Assembly: GCA_963751455.1 (NCBI GenBank)
Contig: CAVVUN010000009.1
Location: forward strand, 32,001 to 96,000
Origin: Nitrospirota bacterium
GTDB lineage: Bacteria; Nitrospirota; UBA9217
Reading direction: 5' to 3'
DNA: 64,000 bases
Part shown: positions 19,301 through 29,183 of the stretch, piece by piece
Layout: each line of letters opens with the position of its first letter
Position numbering within the stretch: the stretch's first letter is position 1
The notes under the pieces: generated by a model
Database searches by the model: none
What the model was told of the DNA's origin: nothing
The model's input: only the letters and a program-made list of their open reading frames with translations
Translations under genes and position numbers: made by a program

Positions 19301-21822
19301 CCGTCGTCCCGATCGCAATCGGGCAGGCGGGAGTGGCTGAATTGTCGTCTTTCGGCGATGTTGACGTAAAGGCTCGTTTGATGATCGATGACGGCACCTT
19401 GATCGCTGAGAATGACGATCGCCCCGATGACTGGAATTTCCATATCGTCACGACTTTGAAACCGGGCAATTATCGATTATATGTCGATCAGTCAGGACCC
19501 GGCCACGGCACGTGCACGGTATCGCTGAGGGTACCGAAGGAAGAGGGGAAAAATGCACTCATCCTGCCGACCAGTGCGAAGATAAAACTAAGCGATGCAG
19601 TTCAAATTTTTCCGCTTACACTTCCTTCCAGGGGAGAGCTCCTGATGCTTTCTGCGCCGGCGAGGGAAAACGTCGGACTTGCAGTGGAAGTCTCCGACCA
19701 GGGGGGATGGAAAACCATCGGAACGACATCGGGCCGTAACACCCACCTTGAGATACCCCTTCTCAATACCCGGCCGTCGATCTCAAATGTCAGATATCGC
19801 CTGCGCATCTGGTCCATGGACTATCGCCATACGTCCGTTGAACTCTCAGCGCAGTTCATTTCGCCTCGCCAATTCAGTGAAAGCGATTTGAAAAAAGGCA
19901 TACACCTGCCGCTTGTCGAGGGATCCAAAACCCCGATTGCGGCTGCAGTCGTGCGGATCGAGCGAGGCGGTTTGCTGCGGATCCCTGAAGAATTCCAACA
20001 TTTGCGCTGGTCTGCAGAGGTGCTCCGTTCCTGCTCACAACCCGAAAATTATCTTCCCGTTCAACACGGCTTTATCTGGATCACCGGAGAAACAACAACG
20101 CGAGGCCCGGCACCTGAGGCAAGGGCAGAACGCGCGGGTTTGGGGTCGGGGGAGGACAAAGCGATCCAGGTCAGAATGAACGGCGGGGAAAATATGCTGT
20201 GCGATCTCGCGGGCGACTGGCGCGGTCCCGTTATGGCAATCGCTTCGTCGCGCATCGGGCGTCCAGCCGCTGAGCTTATAGAGCAGGAAAAAAACGAACC
20301 GGTGAATACCAACCGGCTTGTAGTGGGCGAGCATGGCTCTCTCAGCTTGTCTCTCCATCCGAAAAATCCTGCGGTAAAGCTCTGGGCCGCTTCTCCTGTA
20401 GATGAACCATTTGAAGTGCGACTTCTGCAGATAAGCTTTCCCGCGCCAGAGTCGGCCTCCGCCAAGGAAGGCCTGCACGGTGCAATCGCCGGGAAGAAAG
20501 CGCGGGTGTACGAACTTCCGAATGGGAAAAAACGTATGCGGATTTCTCTTAGCGAAGCCCTTGTTGCGGCACTGCAGAAGGACGATGCCGTCGCAAGCGT
20601 GCATTGGGCTGAGGGAAATGCATTTACGGAAACGTTCGAAACGGATGCAGATCGTCTGCTTCTGCTTCATATGCGGGAGGAAGAGGACCATTTTGCAATC
20701 GAACTATCCCCCCTGATTGCTGATGTTTCTACACGAGCCCTCGCTATCGGAGTTCCCTTCGAAGAGGTCATGCTGAATTCAGGAAGGTTGAGGTTATCCG
20801 TTGATGCAGGTGAAACACGTATCAAAAGAACACTTCATGTCCGGGGTGCAAAGAAGGCCCTCTTTACCGACAAGCTGGGCAATGTCATCCCAGGCAATGA
20901 CATGGATATCGACGAACGGAACGGCGTGCTTATCATCGATCACGGACCCGGTCCGTTGCTCGCCTGGCTTGACAGACCGGGAGAAGAAGCTGCCGACCTC
21001 TGGGCCCTAACCAAGAAGCCCGACAGGACATCCATAACGTTGCCTGCTCTACTGCCCCTGGACGGGAAATCCCACGCGTACCGAATCGACGCCGGCAAAC
21101 CCGTGATGCTCCATGTCCGCAGTGCCACGCCCCTCGCAACCTACCTGGACCGCGGGGACAAAACGCCGGATGTAGAGGTCCATTCCCGGGGGGTCATGCT
21201 CGATGCCTATCTGCCGAGAGGATCTGGAGAAGTTCGGCTGCGCGCCCTAAACGGGGGCCGCATGTCCGGGCAGGTTTCGATTTCCGGGTCTCCGGTCCTG
21301 CCCACTGATGAAGGATTGGGGCCCGAGGTCCTGCTCGCAGCAGGTGCTACGAGATTGTTTTCGTTCACGGTCCGCGAGGAAAGCATGATCGGCGCGGGAG
21401 TGAAGGCTGATTCCGATGCCGTTGATATGGAAATCTTGAACAGCGCTGGAGCGGTTCTTGGCAGGGGCGTCGCCCAGATGCTGCGCCTGAAGCCGGGCGT
21501 CTATTTGATGAAATTGCACGCGTTTGATACCGGGCGGCCGGTAAAAGCGCAGCCTGCACTTGTCGGCCTGAAGACCCCTGATACCGGTCCTCCTCCCGAC
21601 GAGATCACGAAATACCTTCATCCTGAAACAGAAATGCCTGCTGCCTATTCAAGCCGCAGAGGCAATGTGACGCAGGACAGAGCATACCAAAGCCCGAGTG
21701 AACCCGCGTATGAAAGTGACAACCCGGCGCCCGCTCCTGAATCTGAATACGGCGAAGGCATGACTGAGGAAGGCGAACAAACCGTTGATCCGGGAAGTGG
21801 TGAAGGAGAACGAGAACCATGA
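16381..21822 (+). CDS. Giant (~1810 aa) secreted protein with repeated PPC-like beta-sandwich domains and an acidic tail; function unknown
   Basis: GGGAGG RBS before ATG 16381; signal peptide ending GLHA; modules such as DVKARL..DGTLIAENDD..DWNF.I...LKPGNYRL; the ORF is open upstream to 16225. Confidence 0.8.
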   Translation: MSMKANHRLHCPGICILCALVPLLLLCGLYPAGLHAASLASQAVLSKFDLPAQGRQESILTITAFGRYAVTVKSDQGTALQLIDRMAGPGTISGVAGERDGRLDLFLERGDYKIVTHGHDKASGTIRLEAHPFSEKNAPQSPALVEYKLIETEVNDFEQVSYWLDVKERKRVVLEAAGRNLADLRLWKDGAWLVDAAPVIETVQPKTGQPLRVCRLAPELEQGLYLLTAYGGVALPWAEDGGHPFYMRSGIPELGSVTRKRFKISPFGTDRFIVPGSSTYFRTELPEARELSLQSGWINLSDPFSNNGQIKNIQKNSLPPVAELFTEGKTNAKHIVTVTGEPGMPYVFQHFELKYSYSFQGSGDYWISSVHSGHPQDSVDATAIMASGSDMYGIRPMMEQTIELDQTTGYSRRANLLETLTLFLKIKTKGRYQIIAQGVEARFLIEPFLISRPREYSRPKAQPAGYTWDLDAGYYTLTVDPEKKGIMDLIIRPASWVSWVWGKLDLDKGKTVQPVSAAIRFPRVSLNRDQWYTVYMNRQPEVKTGFVVRPLPLDLTDPLPVTQRPDESVIVPFQVSEEGIVRAEAEDGSLMDLSVDKGPWQKTFNVGAGKHSVSVRLTAKNTINYALYVEPRRLSAETGLPAISQTALDSLPKFPVLANTKPLFFDLDRNSSSTFNVQADKSALFQIQSTGLLATEGNLRSRTTPQFVRESENGKGRNFFIRQYLHEGDYQITVASKGQSKGHLGLTMEKSGLIQGGYLTNRTPARLSLPAGKAAAYQFVVTKAGEYRVRAFGLGRKLKWRLEDKEGWPVVTPNTKADITRIFEKGTYRLIILPESTDAKIVTVIDPVKRGRRFKGHGPHVLPLALPVDHTWTEPISGKARQPDKWKFELPADGDISIELTGEMQADLLKINSDGTATRTAFIPPVRGWQGTLQAGSYRIEAVSMRINNQAAYRLVVSPRSLMTGMSRDISVPSVVPIAIGQAGVAELSSFGDVDVKARLMIDDGTLIAENDDRPDDWNFHIVTTLKPGNYRLYVDQSGPGHGTCTVSLRVPKEEGKNALILPTSAKIKLSDAVQIFPLTLPSRGELLMLSAPARENVGLAVEVSDQGGWKTIGTTSGRNTHLEIPLLNTRPSISNVRYRLRIWSMDYRHTSVELSAQFISPRQFSESDLKKGIHLPLVEGSKTPIAAAVVRIERGGLLRIPEEFQHLRWSAEVLRSCSQPENYLPVQHGFIWITGETTTRGPAPEARAERAGLGSGEDKAIQVRMNGGENMLCDLAGDWRGPVMAIASSRIGRPAAELIEQEKNEPVNTNRLVVGEHGSLSLSLHPKNPAVKLWAASPVDEPFEVRLLQISFPAPESASAKEGLHGAIAGKKARVYELPNGKKRMRISLSEALVAALQKDDAVASVHWAEGNAFTETFETDADRLLLLHMREEEDHFAIELSPLIADVSTRALAIGVPFEEVMLNSGRLRLSVDAGETRIKRTLHVRGAKKALFTDKLGNVIPGNDMDIDERNGVLIIDHGPGPLLAWLDRPGEEAADLWALTKKPDRTSITLPALLPLDGKSHAYRIDAGKPVMLHVRSATPLATYLDRGDKTPDVEVHSRGVMLDAYLPRGSGEVRLRALNGGRMSGQVSISGSPVLPTDEGLGPEVLLAAGATRLFSFTVREESMIGAGVKADSDAVDMEILNSAGAVLGRGVAQMLRLKPGVYLMKLHAFDTGRPVKAQPALVGLKTPDTGPPPDEITKYLHPETEMPAAYSSRRGNVTQDRAYQSPSEPAYESDNPAPAPESEYGEGMTEEGEQTVDPGSGEGEREP

Positions 21823-21971
21823 GCCGGCTTGTCATGAGGAGCGAATATACCGAATCGCATTCATCACTCAGAATAGATGCGGGAAGTGATACGAGCGTTG
21901 AAAGACGCCGGGAACCGGTATCGAGCACGATTCATAATCTGCGATATACAGCATTACCAAGGAGAGCAAAC

Positions 21972-24900
21972 ATGCAAAACCGTTTTTCAGGAATGCTTCT
22001 GGCCATGTTGATTCTCGTCACGCCCGTTGTCGTCCGGGGTGAATCCAGGCAGGCAGCGGCGATTATTCGACCGGAATTTGTCACAGAAACCACGATTATC
22101 CCGGAGCATTTTCTTCGGCGTTGGGATCCGGTAACGATTTTCTTTACCCGGGAACGGGGACCGAAGAACGGCGGTCCCGAAGACCATCCGGACAAATACG
22201 TTACCGTGGATACGGATCACCCCGGAGCTTATCGGTGGCTCGACGACAGGACGCTTCAGTTTCAACCTTCCGAACCCTGGCCTTCGCTGTCACGCTTTAT
22301 CTGGACCGTCGACAAAAAAGCCACGGCTCTCTTCACATTGATGGAAGCGCCGGTCACAATGAACCCGGCTGACAAGACGGAGGGACTGGAGCAGGTGAAG
22401 AATATAGCGCTCACCTTTGCAGAGCCGCTCGATCCCCAGGCTTTGGCAAGCATGGTCTCGCTCGAACTGCGGCCTTTGCCCGGCGCAGGATCTGATAAAT
22501 CCCGCTGGCTTACCAAAAACGATTTTACGATCAAAGTCATGGAGCGGCGGTCCCGCTCGGACAAAGCTTCCTACGTGCTCACTCTGAAGGAGCCGATCTC
22601 CCACGGGATCAAGACGATCGTGCATATGCGCCTGGCGCTGGATGACAAGGTTACAGAATCATTTAGAGAGTTTTCTTTTTCCACTGCCGAGCCCTTCCGG
22701 GTCGTGGCCCTCGGAACAAGAGAACGAAGATATCCTGTTACTCCCGAAGGTTCTCATTATTCCCGGGAACAGGCCATTCGCGGCGAATCCTCGGAACGGA
22801 GCGTTATAGTTGATTTTTCGTCTCCGCCGGACCTTGCTGACGACTCCCTGACATTGTCGGGAAGAAACCTTGTCGGATTCGCTCCTGCTGTCCCCCGGCT
22901 TACGTATCGGCTCGAAGGAAGCCAACTGGTCATCGCGGGCGACTTCGCTCGCGACACGCTTTACCGGGTTTCGCTTTCACCGGTCCCGGTCAGCGACAAG
23001 CAGGGAAAGCACCTTGAAATGAAAGGCGCGAGCGACCTGTTCGTGTATTTTCCCCGCAGCCAATCCTACGTCCGGCTGAGAGCCGGGCAGGGCATTGTTG
23101 AACGGTTCGGAAAGCAGTTGATCCCGGTGGAAGGCAGAGGAGAAGAGCGCATAGACCTTCGCATCTATCCAGTGCAGCCGCTAGACCGGTCGTTCTGGCC
23201 TTTTCCCGGCTATCCGCTCGAAACAGATGATGGCAGTCGGCCGCCTGGACCTGGTGAAGAGCCCGAACCGTTTACTGCGCCTGACCAGTCAGCCCGAGCA
23301 GACGAATTAGTCCGCCAGATTTCGATCCTGGGATCGCCGCCTGTCTCGGCACTCGTTGCGCTGCCTCTCAAAAAGGAAGGCGGATCGGCTTCCTTTGGTC
23401 TTGATCTTACGCCGCATCTTGCAAAGCTTTCCGGAAAAGATCAACCCGGCTCATATTTGATCGGTTTGCGAGATCTTGCTGTGGGGAGCAGACGCACATG
23501 GATCCGGCTTCAGGTTACTGACCTTTCACTTACTACGATTGAAGAGCCGGATGCAGTCAAATATATCGTCACATCCCTTCACTCGGCTGAGCCCGTCTCC
23601 AAGGCACGTATACACATCGAAGGCACTCTTTATGATCGCGGTAAACCGTCGTGGATGACGCTTGCAGAGGGGATCACTGACGGGGATGGTATATTCCGCT
23701 GGCGCGCTCCCGGCCGGACCCGCTCAGGCGAGCAGAAAACGGTGCGGCGGATTATAGTGGAGAAGGACAAGGATCTCCTCGTCTTCGATCCCGCAAATCC
23801 GCCTGATGTGTATTTCGACAATCAATGGTCGGTCGACCGGTCACCGTGGCTGCAATGGACCCATGAATCACTTGAAGGGCGCGGAGCGCAGCCGCAAATG
23901 GTGAGCCACATTTTCACGGACCGTCCCGTATATCGCCCAGAAGAGGAAGTTCATATCAAAGGATATCTCCGCAAACGGGAGAAAGGACATCTTCAGCCGG
24001 TCAAGACGGGCGGCTGGCTGATCGTCGAGGGCCCGGGTGATGTTTCCTGGAAATATCCGGCGACCCTGACCGACGTGGGCAGCTTCTACCATGCTTTTTC
24101 TGAAAAAGATCTTCCCACGGGAACGTACTCGGCGCACCTCGAAAACCAGGACCGTACAGAAACGTATGGTCGGGTTACCTTCCAGATGGAGGCGTATCGA
24201 CTCCCGCTTTTCGAGGTCAATCTGCACGCCGCGGACCAGGTTTCGCTGGACAAAGAATTCGAGGTGAAACTTGCAGCCTCCTATTATGCGGGCGGCAAAG
24301 TAGGCGGCCGGCCCGTGGAATGGCGCGTAACCCAGTATCCTTTTGCATGGACTCCCAGGAAACGGGAGGGGTTCCTTTATTCATCAGACGGCCGTTTTTC
24401 CCGGACTGAACGGTTTCAGGCGTCGCCCCGTCTCGAAAAACAGGATACGACGGACGAAAACGGTTCCGCGTCGATCATGCTCAATCCTGCCCTGGAACTG
24501 ACTGCGCAGCCCCGGACCTACATGGTCGAAGCGACGGTCACGGGAGCGGACGATCAGACAGTGACAGCTTCAAAATCGATTTCCGCACTTCCTGCATTTG
24601 TTCTCGGACTGAAGGTGCCTCGTTATATCGAGAAGGCAAAAGAGATCGCACCGGAGATCATTGTCGTGGGACCGGATGACTCGCTGCTCAAGGACAAAGA
24701 AGTGACGGTCCGGCTTCTGCGGCGGGAGTGGCACTCGGCGCTCAAGGCGAGCGACTTTTCTGACGGCGTTGCCCGATATGTAACCGACGTGGTTGATGAA
24801 AAGATTTCTGAAAAGACGATCAGAAGCGGAGCGGAGCCCGTCAAAACAACGTTCCCGGTTCCGAAAGCCGGGGTATACATTGTCGAACTGGAAGCGCACG

Positions 24901-27794
24901 ATAAATTGGACCGCGCGCAAGTCGTGCGCGTCGATCTGTACGCAGGCGGTGATGAGCGTGTTGCCTGGCCCAAACCGATTACGCGCATATTCACCGTTAC
25001 GCCGGACAAGGCCAAATACGATCCGGGCATGACAGCGAAGATCATTTTGCAGAGCCCGTTCCAGAAAGCCCGTGCCCTTGCCATTGTTGAAACGCCTGAC
25101 GGCAACAAGTATCACTGGCTCGATGTCGAAGGAGCCACGGCCGTCTTTTCCCTTCCTATTGAAGGTAATTATGCACCTCGCTTGCCGGTTCACTTCATCC
25201 TCATGAGAGGCCGGTTGGCCGGCACGGGACCTTCTCCTGCAGGCGGCATGGATATGGGAAAACCGGAAACCATGGCTGCTACAGCCTGGATCGACGTCAA
25301 TCCCGTTGCTCACCAGATGAAGGTGGAGCTCGAATATCCTCCCGTGGCGCGTCCTGGAGAAAAAATCAAGGTCGGCGTTTCGCTCAAAGATCCTTCAGGC
25401 AAACCTCTTTCCGGCGAGGTTACGCTCTGGCTTGTTGACCAGGCGGTGCTGTCTTTGGGCAAAGAGCAGCATCTTGATCCCGTGCCTGATTTTATCCGGC
25501 AGGTCCACTCCTTTATCAAGGTCCATGATTCCCGCAACCTGGCGTTCGGCAACCTGCCTTTTGCAGAGAACCCGGGCGGCGACGAGGGCAGTGAAGAGTC
25601 GCTCCTTGAGAAGGTCACAGTGCGGAAGAATTTCAAGACGGTGCCGTACTATAATCCTCTCATCATGGTCGGTCCCGATGGAAAGGCCGTCGTGGAGATC
25701 ACGCTCTCCGATGACCTGACGAACTTTAAACTGCGGGCGAAGGCCGCATCAGGAGCCGAGCGTTTCGGTTTTGGAGTGGGGCACCTGGCCGTGAGACTGC
25801 CGCTGATCGTGCAGCCGGCCCTTCCACGCTTCGTCCGTCCAGGAGATTCATTTACGGCAAAAGCGATAAGCAGGATCGTGGAAGGAAAGGACGGGCCGGG
25901 TCAAGCGGAGTACAAGGTGCAGGGAGCGAAGATCACCGGTCCGGCGAAACAGGAGTTACAGTGGACCGGCAGCAACCCGCTTGCTATCGAATTCCCGGTG
26001 GAAGTGGCTTCTCCAGTCTACACCACCGAGGGCAAACCATCGATCCAGAACGTGACGTTTACGGTCGGTGTACGGAGGAATTCGGACAACGCAAAGGACG
26101 CGTTTGAGGTCAAGCTGCCGTTCCGAGAGGATCGGGGCAGGGTATCTAAGCGAAAAATTGCGGAGCTGAAGCCTTCTGAGCCTTTTATTATTGAGGCAGT
26201 TAACGAAAAGGTGCGGCCCGGTACACTGACCCGCTCGGTTCTGCTCTCAGACCAACCCGGTCTCATCAAAATGGCGGCGGGTCTGGACTTCTTCATGCAC
26301 TACCCCTACGGGTGCACCGAGCAGCAGCTCAGCCGAGCCCGCGTCTATATGGCTTTGCGTAAATTCCGAACGCTGTTGAAACAGGAAGGTTCGGACAAAG
26401 AAATGAAACGGGCCGTGAGCGAGGTCATGAATTTGATCCCGACCGTTATCGACGGAAACGGCCAGGTCGCATTCTGGCCGGGTTCCAGGGGATACGTCAG
26501 CCTGACTGCCTGGACGGTGCAGTTTTTTATAGAGGCAAAAGAGGCGGGGTTCACGATCGATGAAAAAATTCTTACCCAACTGATGAACTCTCTTGAACAG
26601 GCCCTGCGTTCCGATTACAGCCACTTTATAGACGGAGAATCGTTTGCCGAACGGGTATGGGCGCATCTTGCCCTGACACGAGCAGGCAAATACAACGCAG
26701 CATACGCTGCAGAGCTGTCGAGAAAAGCCGAGTTCCTGAACCTTGAAAGCATTGCGGCGATCCTCTATTCCTTCTCACTAGCAGAGCAAAACTCGTCAAC
26801 GGCAACACAGCTCGAAAAGGCGCTCTGGGACGGCATTGTGGTGCGTTTGTATCAGGGACGTGAAATGTACGGAGGCCTGCAGGAAAAAAACACTACACGG
26901 AACAATTTGATCCTTCCGACAGAAACACGCACGCTCGCGGAGATGACCCGCGCTGTTGCCCGCTACGACGGTAAGAATCAACGGCTTCCGCTCCTCGTCG
27001 ATTCACTGGTAACGCTCGGCCGCGACGACGGGTGGGGAACCACAAACGCAAATGCCGAGGCGCTTCTTGCCTTGTCGGAAATACTGAAACCTCCTTATTC
27101 GGGTGCAAAAGCGGCCCAGGTCCGTGTTAAGCTTGACGGAAAAGAGCAGACAATTAATCTGGGATCCGACCTCCCGCTGGGTTTTGTCTCAGGAAACGGC
27201 TTGAGTGCCGGGGAAGCGCTTCTTCAAAGCAAAACAGGATCGAAGCCTGTAGCTGTCCGTGTGGACACATCATACGTGCCTGCTGAAGACGGCAGCAAGG
27301 TGGCGGCGGAGAGCAACGGATTCGTTGTGACCCGTGAATTGCTGCTGATCCAGAAAGACGGCCCCCCGAAGAAAATCGCCTTGACCCAGGCAGGCACGAC
27401 GCAGACTTTTGCGGTCGGAGATGTCATTGAAGAGCATGTGCAGGTCGTGAATCCCAAAGAACGCCACTATGTCGCCGTGACCGCGCCGCTCGCGGCCGGC
27501 ATGGAACCGCTGAATCCGAAGCTCCAGACAGCGCCGCCCGAGGCCGCTCCTAACGGAAATACAACGCTTAACCCGACGTATATAGCCTATCAGGACGATC
27601 AGGCAGCGTTCTATTACAACGTGCTCCCTGCAGGGACCTATGATTTTTATTTCCGGACAAGAGCAACAGTTGTCGGGACATTTATCCAGCCCGCTGCTAA
27701 GGCAGAGACGATGTACGATGGCGCGGTGTTTGGCCTTTCGAACGGGGCGAAGATCGTTGTCAATGAAAAAGAGGAGAATCATGGAGAGCGCTAA
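21972..27794 (+). CDS. Bacterial alpha-2-macroglobulin
   Basis: IFTDRPVYRP, AYRLPLFEV, VTLWLVDQAVLSL, VRKNF, LPRFVRPGD, thioester YPYGCTEQ, GWGTTNANA, PLAAGME; AGGAG RBS. Confidence 0.95.
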   Translation: MQNRFSGMLLAMLILVTPVVVRGESRQAAAIIRPEFVTETTIIPEHFLRRWDPVTIFFTRERGPKNGGPEDHPDKYVTVDTDHPGAYRWLDDRTLQFQPSEPWPSLSRFIWTVDKKATALFTLMEAPVTMNPADKTEGLEQVKNIALTFAEPLDPQALASMVSLELRPLPGAGSDKSRWLTKNDFTIKVMERRSRSDKASYVLTLKEPISHGIKTIVHMRLALDDKVTESFREFSFSTAEPFRVVALGTRERRYPVTPEGSHYSREQAIRGESSERSVIVDFSSPPDLADDSLTLSGRNLVGFAPAVPRLTYRLEGSQLVIAGDFARDTLYRVSLSPVPVSDKQGKHLEMKGASDLFVYFPRSQSYVRLRAGQGIVERFGKQLIPVEGRGEERIDLRIYPVQPLDRSFWPFPGYPLETDDGSRPPGPGEEPEPFTAPDQSARADELVRQISILGSPPVSALVALPLKKEGGSASFGLDLTPHLAKLSGKDQPGSYLIGLRDLAVGSRRTWIRLQVTDLSLTTIEEPDAVKYIVTSLHSAEPVSKARIHIEGTLYDRGKPSWMTLAEGITDGDGIFRWRAPGRTRSGEQKTVRRIIVEKDKDLLVFDPANPPDVYFDNQWSVDRSPWLQWTHESLEGRGAQPQMVSHIFTDRPVYRPEEEVHIKGYLRKREKGHLQPVKTGGWLIVEGPGDVSWKYPATLTDVGSFYHAFSEKDLPTGTYSAHLENQDRTETYGRVTFQMEAYRLPLFEVNLHAADQVSLDKEFEVKLAASYYAGGKVGGRPVEWRVTQYPFAWTPRKREGFLYSSDGRFSRTERFQASPRLEKQDTTDENGSASIMLNPALELTAQPRTYMVEATVTGADDQTVTASKSISALPAFVLGLKVPRYIEKAKEIAPEIIVVGPDDSLLKDKEVTVRLLRREWHSALKASDFSDGVARYVTDVVDEKISEKTIRSGAEPVKTTFPVPKAGVYIVELEAHDKLDRAQVVRVDLYAGGDERVAWPKPITRIFTVTPDKAKYDPGMTAKIILQSPFQKARALAIVETPDGNKYHWLDVEGATAVFSLPIEGNYAPRLPVHFILMRGRLAGTGPSPAGGMDMGKPETMAATAWIDVNPVAHQMKVELEYPPVARPGEKIKVGVSLKDPSGKPLSGEVTLWLVDQAVLSLGKEQHLDPVPDFIRQVHSFIKVHDSRNLAFGNLPFAENPGGDEGSEESLLEKVTVRKNFKTVPYYNPLIMVGPDGKAVVEITLSDDLTNFKLRAKAASGAERFGFGVGHLAVRLPLIVQPALPRFVRPGDSFTAKAISRIVEGKDGPGQAEYKVQGAKITGPAKQELQWTGSNPLAIEFPVEVASPVYTTEGKPSIQNVTFTVGVRRNSDNAKDAFEVKLPFREDRGRVSKRKIAELKPSEPFIIEAVNEKVRPGTLTRSVLLSDQPGLIKMAAGLDFFMHYPYGCTEQQLSRARVYMALRKFRTLLKQEGSDKEMKRAVSEVMNLIPTVIDGNGQVAFWPGSRGYVSLTAWTVQFFIEAKEAGFTIDEKILTQLMNSLEQALRSDYSHFIDGESFAERVWAHLALTRAGKYNAAYAAELSRKAEFLNLESIAAILYSFSLAEQNSSTATQLEKALWDGIVVRLYQGREMYGGLQEKNTTRNNLILPTETRTLAEMTRAVARYDGKNQRLPLLVDSLVTLGRDDGWGTTNANAEALLALSEILKPPYSGAKAAQVRVKLDGKEQTINLGSDLPLGFVSGNGLSAGEALLQSKTGSKPVAVRVDTSYVPAEDGSKVAAESNGFVVTRELLLIQKDGPPKKIALTQAGTTQTFAVGDVIEEHVQVVNPKERHYVAVTAPLAAGMEPLNPKLQTAPPEAAPNGNTTLNPTYIAYQDDQAAFYYNVLPAGTYDFYFRTRATVVGTFIQPAAKAETMYDGAVFGLSNGAKIVVNEKEENHGER

Positions 27795-27890
27795 CAAGGT
27801 GCAGCAGATGTAAAATCGATCTTGCCTATACGCCGGAGAGAAGTCATAAATAGAGAGCCACGGAGATAGGCCTAAATAAGGAGGAATCAT

Positions 27891-29120
27891 ATGAAAAGAG
27901 GATTGTTCGTTGCGATTGCCGTATTCGTTCTATTTGCCGGTATTTCCTTTGCCGACGACTGGAACCTGGTAAAGAATGTGAAACGGCTGGAGCGTGTATC
28001 TCCCGATTATCCGGACGATAAGGACATCGACAAGAAGTTTCTTGACGTTCTCGATCTAACAGAGAAGACGAAGACCAACCCCGAAGTGTATCAGGCGCTA
28101 AAAAAGATTGCATCAATGCCTTCTTTGTCACAGAGCAAATACATGGATTCCTTTCTGTACTTCATGCTCGTCAAGTCATCATCGCTGTACAAGACGGGAA
28201 CAAGTGAGCCCGACTTCTGGCTGGGCCTTCTCAATTCTTATGACAAAAGCCCTCATCTCCTTGCTGCGCATCTTGTACGGATGAAACTCGCGGCGAAAAA
28301 TTCGTCTGACGTCCGCAGGGAGGCGCAGATCATTGCGGACTGGGTCAAAGCGCAAAAAAACGAGATGAAGGTCCGCGCGCCGGAATACACCGGCAACGTT
28401 CTGCTCGGTTACAAACCCCGTGTTTCTTTTGCTGAAGGAGAGTACCTCAAACTCTATAAACTCTCTTATTATATAGAGACTGTTACTCCTCCAGCCGGAT
28501 TTCTCGAAGACGACACGTATGTTTCCGTTCTTTCAAAGATTAAGGAAGGCCGCGAGGACATCTTGACCGAGATGGCGGCCATTTACCGCAAGATGGGAAA
28601 GCGAAAGGAAGCATCGGATATCCTTTTTCAGCATGCTATGCTGAAAGCGAATGCTAAGGATTTCCAACGGGCAAAGACACTCCTTGATGACGCTGTCAGG
28701 TTCAACCCGGAAAACGCCGCCGCGAAGAAGGAACGGGACAGGATAAAGCTTGAATTGACTTATCAATCGCTTGAACCAGCGGTCCCGGCTGCCGCGTCGG
28801 CGTCCGAGTCCGTTCAGGAAAAACAGGCAGAACCGGCCGCTGTCCCTGACCAATTGAAAAACGTGAATGGGTATCTGATTCCGGCCGATCGCATAATAGC
28901 CGAATCCGAGCTTCTGGGGAAAAGCAGAGCGGAACTTCGGGTAATGCGGAATGAAATTTTTGCCCGTCATGGAAAGATCTTTGAATCCGCGGACCTCAAC
29001 GATTATTTTTCTCAGAAGTCATGGTATACTCAAAATCCGAACTACTCGGACACTCTTTTGTCCGATATTGATAAAGAAAATATCAGAATCATTCGGGAAA
29101 CTGAGAACAGAGCACAATGA
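27891..29120 (+). CDS. Secreted TPR + YARHG domain protein
   Basis: Signal peptide ending SFA; TPR-like helices (DAVRFNPENA); LRVMRNEIFARHG..YF..KSWY. Confidence 0.88.
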   Translation: MKRGLFVAIAVFVLFAGISFADDWNLVKNVKRLERVSPDYPDDKDIDKKFLDVLDLTEKTKTNPEVYQALKKIASMPSLSQSKYMDSFLYFMLVKSSSLYKTGTSEPDFWLGLLNSYDKSPHLLAAHLVRMKLAAKNSSDVRREAQIIADWVKAQKNEMKVRAPEYTGNVLLGYKPRVSFAEGEYLKLYKLSYYIETVTPPAGFLEDDTYVSVLSKIKEGREDILTEMAAIYRKMGKRKEASDILFQHAMLKANAKDFQRAKTLLDDAVRFNPENAAAKKERDRIKLELTYQSLEPAVPAAASASESVQEKQAEPAAVPDQLKNVNGYLIPADRIIAESELLGKSRAELRVMRNEIFARHGKIFESADLNDYFSQKSWYTQNPNYSDTLLSDIDKENIRIIRETENRAQ

Positions 29121-29183
29121 AATTCAAAATCGGCCTTGGGATAAAATCAACAACAGCTTCTTAAATACGAGAGTCCGAGCACT

